Shown one piece after another: positions 55,688-58,079 of a DNA stretch of 58,079 nt. The position numbers and the translations under genes are program-made. Positions within the stretch are counted from its first letter, which is position 1. Each line of letters begins with the position of its first letter. Where the stretch lies: positions 1 to 58,079 of the forward strand of contig DMWY01000005.1 of NCBI GenBank assembly GCA_003483065.1, written 5' to 3'. The notes beneath the pieces are model-generated. The model ran no database searches. It worked only from the letters and a program-made list of their open reading frames with translations, and was not told the origin of the DNA. Source of the stretch: Candidatus Moraniibacteriota bacterium. GTDB lineage: Bacteria > Patescibacteriota > Minisyncoccia > Moranbacterales > UBA2206.

Positions 55688-57483
55688 AAAAAATATTCTT
55701 AAAAAATAAAAAAGGTTTTACACTAATTGAATCACTTTTGGCAATCTCTGTTTTTTCGCTTTTGGTGATGACTTTTGTTGGCGCCATGATTTATGGGCAG
55801 GAGAGTGAAAGAACGGCTGGGGAACGAGCACGAGCAACTTTTTTGGCGGAAGAGGGTTTGGAAGCAGTGCGAAATATCAGAGATGCTAACTTTGCAACTA
55901 TAGTAAACAGTCCCACTACTTATGGGTTGGCAGTTTCCGGGAATGTGTGGACTTTCTCCGGCACACAGGATGTGATGAATGGATATTTTACCAGAAAGAT
56001 AACAATTTCTGATTTGTCTCCTGTGGATTTCAACGCCAAAAGAGTGATTTCGGAAGTCACTTGGCAACAAACTCCACAAAGAACTGGCACGATAACTCTC
56101 AGTGAAAATATTTCTCGCTGGCAATCACTCCATCGGGGCGGAATGTTGGTTTATGGCAATGGGGGAACGACGGTTGACACTATTAGTTACAAAATTCTCA
56201 ATCCGGATACTGGTGTTTGGAGTGCGCAAGCTAATGCGGCTGATGTCGATGGAACTTCAACTAATCGAGCTCTTCGATCAGTTAAGATTTTTTCTTCCAG
56301 AATTCGCAATGAGAGAATTATTATTTCCAAACATATTGATACTGGCCCCAATCCTGACGCACAGTATATTTATGCTCAAGTATATAATGGCGCAACTGGA
56401 ACTTGGGGGAATGTTCAGCTTCTTTCTAATTGGACGAATAATAGCTACACAGATGTTCAAAATTTTGATGGAACCTATTTAGACAATGGAGATTTTATGG
56501 TTACTTACTCTAATAACTCTACCACTCCACAATTTCGCATTTGGAATGGCAGTAATTGGTCAGGTCAAATGGCAATGAGAGTTTCTGGAGGAATTCCAAA
56601 TTATATCGTGGCAAAAAATCGACCCAATACTAATGAGGTAATGGTGGCAGTTTTTGATCAAGGAAGTGATACTAATACGCAATATTATGATGGTTCTGGT
56701 TATGCCACAACTGACTGGACAGCTCATACGGAACATTCTGCCTTGGCGCCACTAGCTACGAAAAGATTTGTGGATTTTGATTGGAGTCAAAATAGTGCAA
56801 CGCGTGGAGCTCTGGTATATTCTGATAGCTCAACAGACCGAGCACTTAATATAAAAATCTGGGCAGCTAATGGTTCTGGCGGAGGAGCTTGGAGTGCGAC
56901 GGCTAATACGGGAAATCAAGGAGGAACGTCAACTCGCTTAGGGGCAATGGCTGTTCAGGGTCGAAAAGGCTCAGATGAATTCATTGCTTGTAATAACAAT
57001 ACGGACAACGATATTCTTTGTTATGAAAGTAATTTTACTCCTACCTGGTCAAATCCAAGCAATCAAACATTGGAAACCGGCACTGATACTGGAATTCAAA
57101 GAACTTTTGATATTGCGTTTGAACTTCTGGATGGTAATGAGGCAATCGCGGTGTATTCCAATGCTTCCACCACCCCTCGGCTCAAAAAATATGACCCCAG
57201 TGGGAATTCTTGGGATAGCTCCTCAACCGCTCTTTCAGGACTTACTTCAGCCTTAGAAACAGTCAGAATTATTCCCAATAGTGATATGAATGATGCAATG
57301 ATTCTTTTGGGGGATACGGGAACTCCCCAAAGAGTTTATAGTACAGTTTGGGATGGAACAAATAATACTACTTATTCAACGCCAGTTAGCTTGACTCTTA
57401 TCAATCAATCTAATAATGGATCAGCTGATGAAAACTATTGGTTCGATTTTGCTTGGGATGAATTTGATTTTACAAACACTTAA
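55684..57483 (+). CDS. Large minor pilin with beta-rich C-terminal domain
   Basis: KKG|FTLIESLL; AEEGLEAVR; ~450-aa repeated beta-strand domain. Confidence 0.88.
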   Translation: MKKIFLKNKKGFTLIESLLAISVFSLLVMTFVGAMIYGQESERTAGERARATFLAEEGLEAVRNIRDANFATIVNSPTTYGLAVSGNVWTFSGTQDVMNGYFTRKITISDLSPVDFNAKRVISEVTWQQTPQRTGTITLSENISRWQSLHRGGMLVYGNGGTTVDTISYKILNPDTGVWSAQANAADVDGTSTNRALRSVKIFSSRIRNERIIISKHIDTGPNPDAQYIYAQVYNGATGTWGNVQLLSNWTNNSYTDVQNFDGTYLDNGDFMVTYSNNSTTPQFRIWNGSNWSGQMAMRVSGGIPNYIVAKNRPNTNEVMVAVFDQGSDTNTQYYDGSGYATTDWTAHTEHSALAPLATKRFVDFDWSQNSATRGALVYSDSSTDRALNIKIWAANGSGGGAWSATANTGNQGGTSTRLGAMAVQGRKGSDEFIACNNNTDNDILCYESNFTPTWSNPSNQTLETGTDTGIQRTFDIAFELLDGNEAIAVYSNASTTPRLKKYDPSGNSWDSSSTALSGLTSALETVRIIPNSDMNDAMILLGDTGTPQRVYSTVWDGTNNTTYSTPVSLTLINQSNNGSADENYWFDFAWDEFDFTNT

Positions 57484-58005
57484 ATGAAAGAAAAAATAAA
57501 AGCTAAAAAAAATAATGGCTTTACACTTGTGGAGGTACTTCTTTATGTGATGATTCTTTCCGCAATGACACTCACTATATCGGTGCTTCTTTTTTTAGTT
57601 TTTCAAGCCAGAGTAAAGGGGCAAACAATAGCTGAAGTTGAACAAAACGGTCAAAGAGTTATGCAAATAGTTGCTCAAACAATTAGAAATGCTGATAGCA
57701 TCACTTCTCCGACGATTGGAACGAGTGCTAAGTCGCTTACCTTAGTGGTGCCAACCAGCACAAAGAATCCGACTATCTTCAGTCTTTCTGGCTCGACTAT
57801 TCAAATAAAAGAAGGGTCTAACGCAAATGTTGCTCTGTCTAATTCGCGAGTGGTTGTTTCAGATTTAAATATTTTTAGTAATTTATCTCAATCAGGAACT
57901 CCTGGGACAATTAAGATCCAATTTACTTTGTCTCACCTCAATCCATCTGGCAGAAATGAATATGATTATAGTGAAACCTTTTATGGCTCTTCGAGCTTAC
58001 GCTGA
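57484..58005 (+). CDS. Prepilin-type N-terminal cleavage/methylation protein (PilW/GspJ-like)
   Basis: NNG|FTLVEVLLY; IRNA motif. Confidence 0.9.
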   Translation: MKEKIKAKKNNGFTLVEVLLYVMILSAMTLTISVLLFLVFQARVKGQTIAEVEQNGQRVMQIVAQTIRNADSITSPTIGTSAKSLTLVVPTSTKNPTIFSLSGSTIQIKEGSNANVALSNSRVVVSDLNIFSNLSQSGTPGTIKIQFTLSHLNPSGRNEYDYSETFYGSSSLR

Positions 58006-58079
58006 AAATGCGGAAATTAACGCGGGAAAAAAATAAAAAGAAAAAAATATGAAATTATTATACCGAAATAACATAATCT

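Noticed and set aside
1..58079. Alternative genetic code (TGA as Gly)
   Set aside because: Conserved genes such as holA and pyk end at TGA at expected lengths and long ORFs are intact under code 11.
58049..58079. Possible start of the next pilus gene
   Set aside because: Only about 10 codons are visible, too little to support a call.

Overview
AT-rich bacterial chromosomal segment read with the standard genetic code (TGA is used as a stop, e.g. holA and pyk). Gene content (type IV pilus genes, FemAB, LemA-HtpX, pyk/ppsA, no biosynthetic operons) suggests a Patescibacteria/CPR (Parcubacteria-like) organism; this is inference. Housekeeping genes: yebC, ruvB, tsaE, polA, mutM, holA, rpsT, ruvA, murE, pyk, ppsA, tsaC and tRNA-Ser(GGA). 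Less ordinary content: (i) a ~4,000-aa membrane-anchored surface protein with 15-residue stalk repeats and SH3b domains, followed by a dCache sensor with no output domain; (ii) a PilB/GspE with two complete ATPase domains in one chain; (iii) a type IV pilus operon containing a lone receiver protein, a PilC-SH3b fusion and a hemerythrin whose last His ligand is Tyr; (iv) a candidate multibranch non-coding RNA behind a consensus sigma70 promoter at 6.5 kb; (v) three copies of a long covarying hairpin element; (vi) several families of palindromic and heptamer repeats, some nested and many inserted in-frame in conserved genes, next to a RAYT-like HUH transposase; (vii) a DGR-target-like orphan; (viii) apparently leaderless ruvA, ruvB, polA and tsaE. 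No rRNA, CRISPR array, integrase or reverse transcriptase was seen. All assignments come from manual motif reading; no database searches were run.
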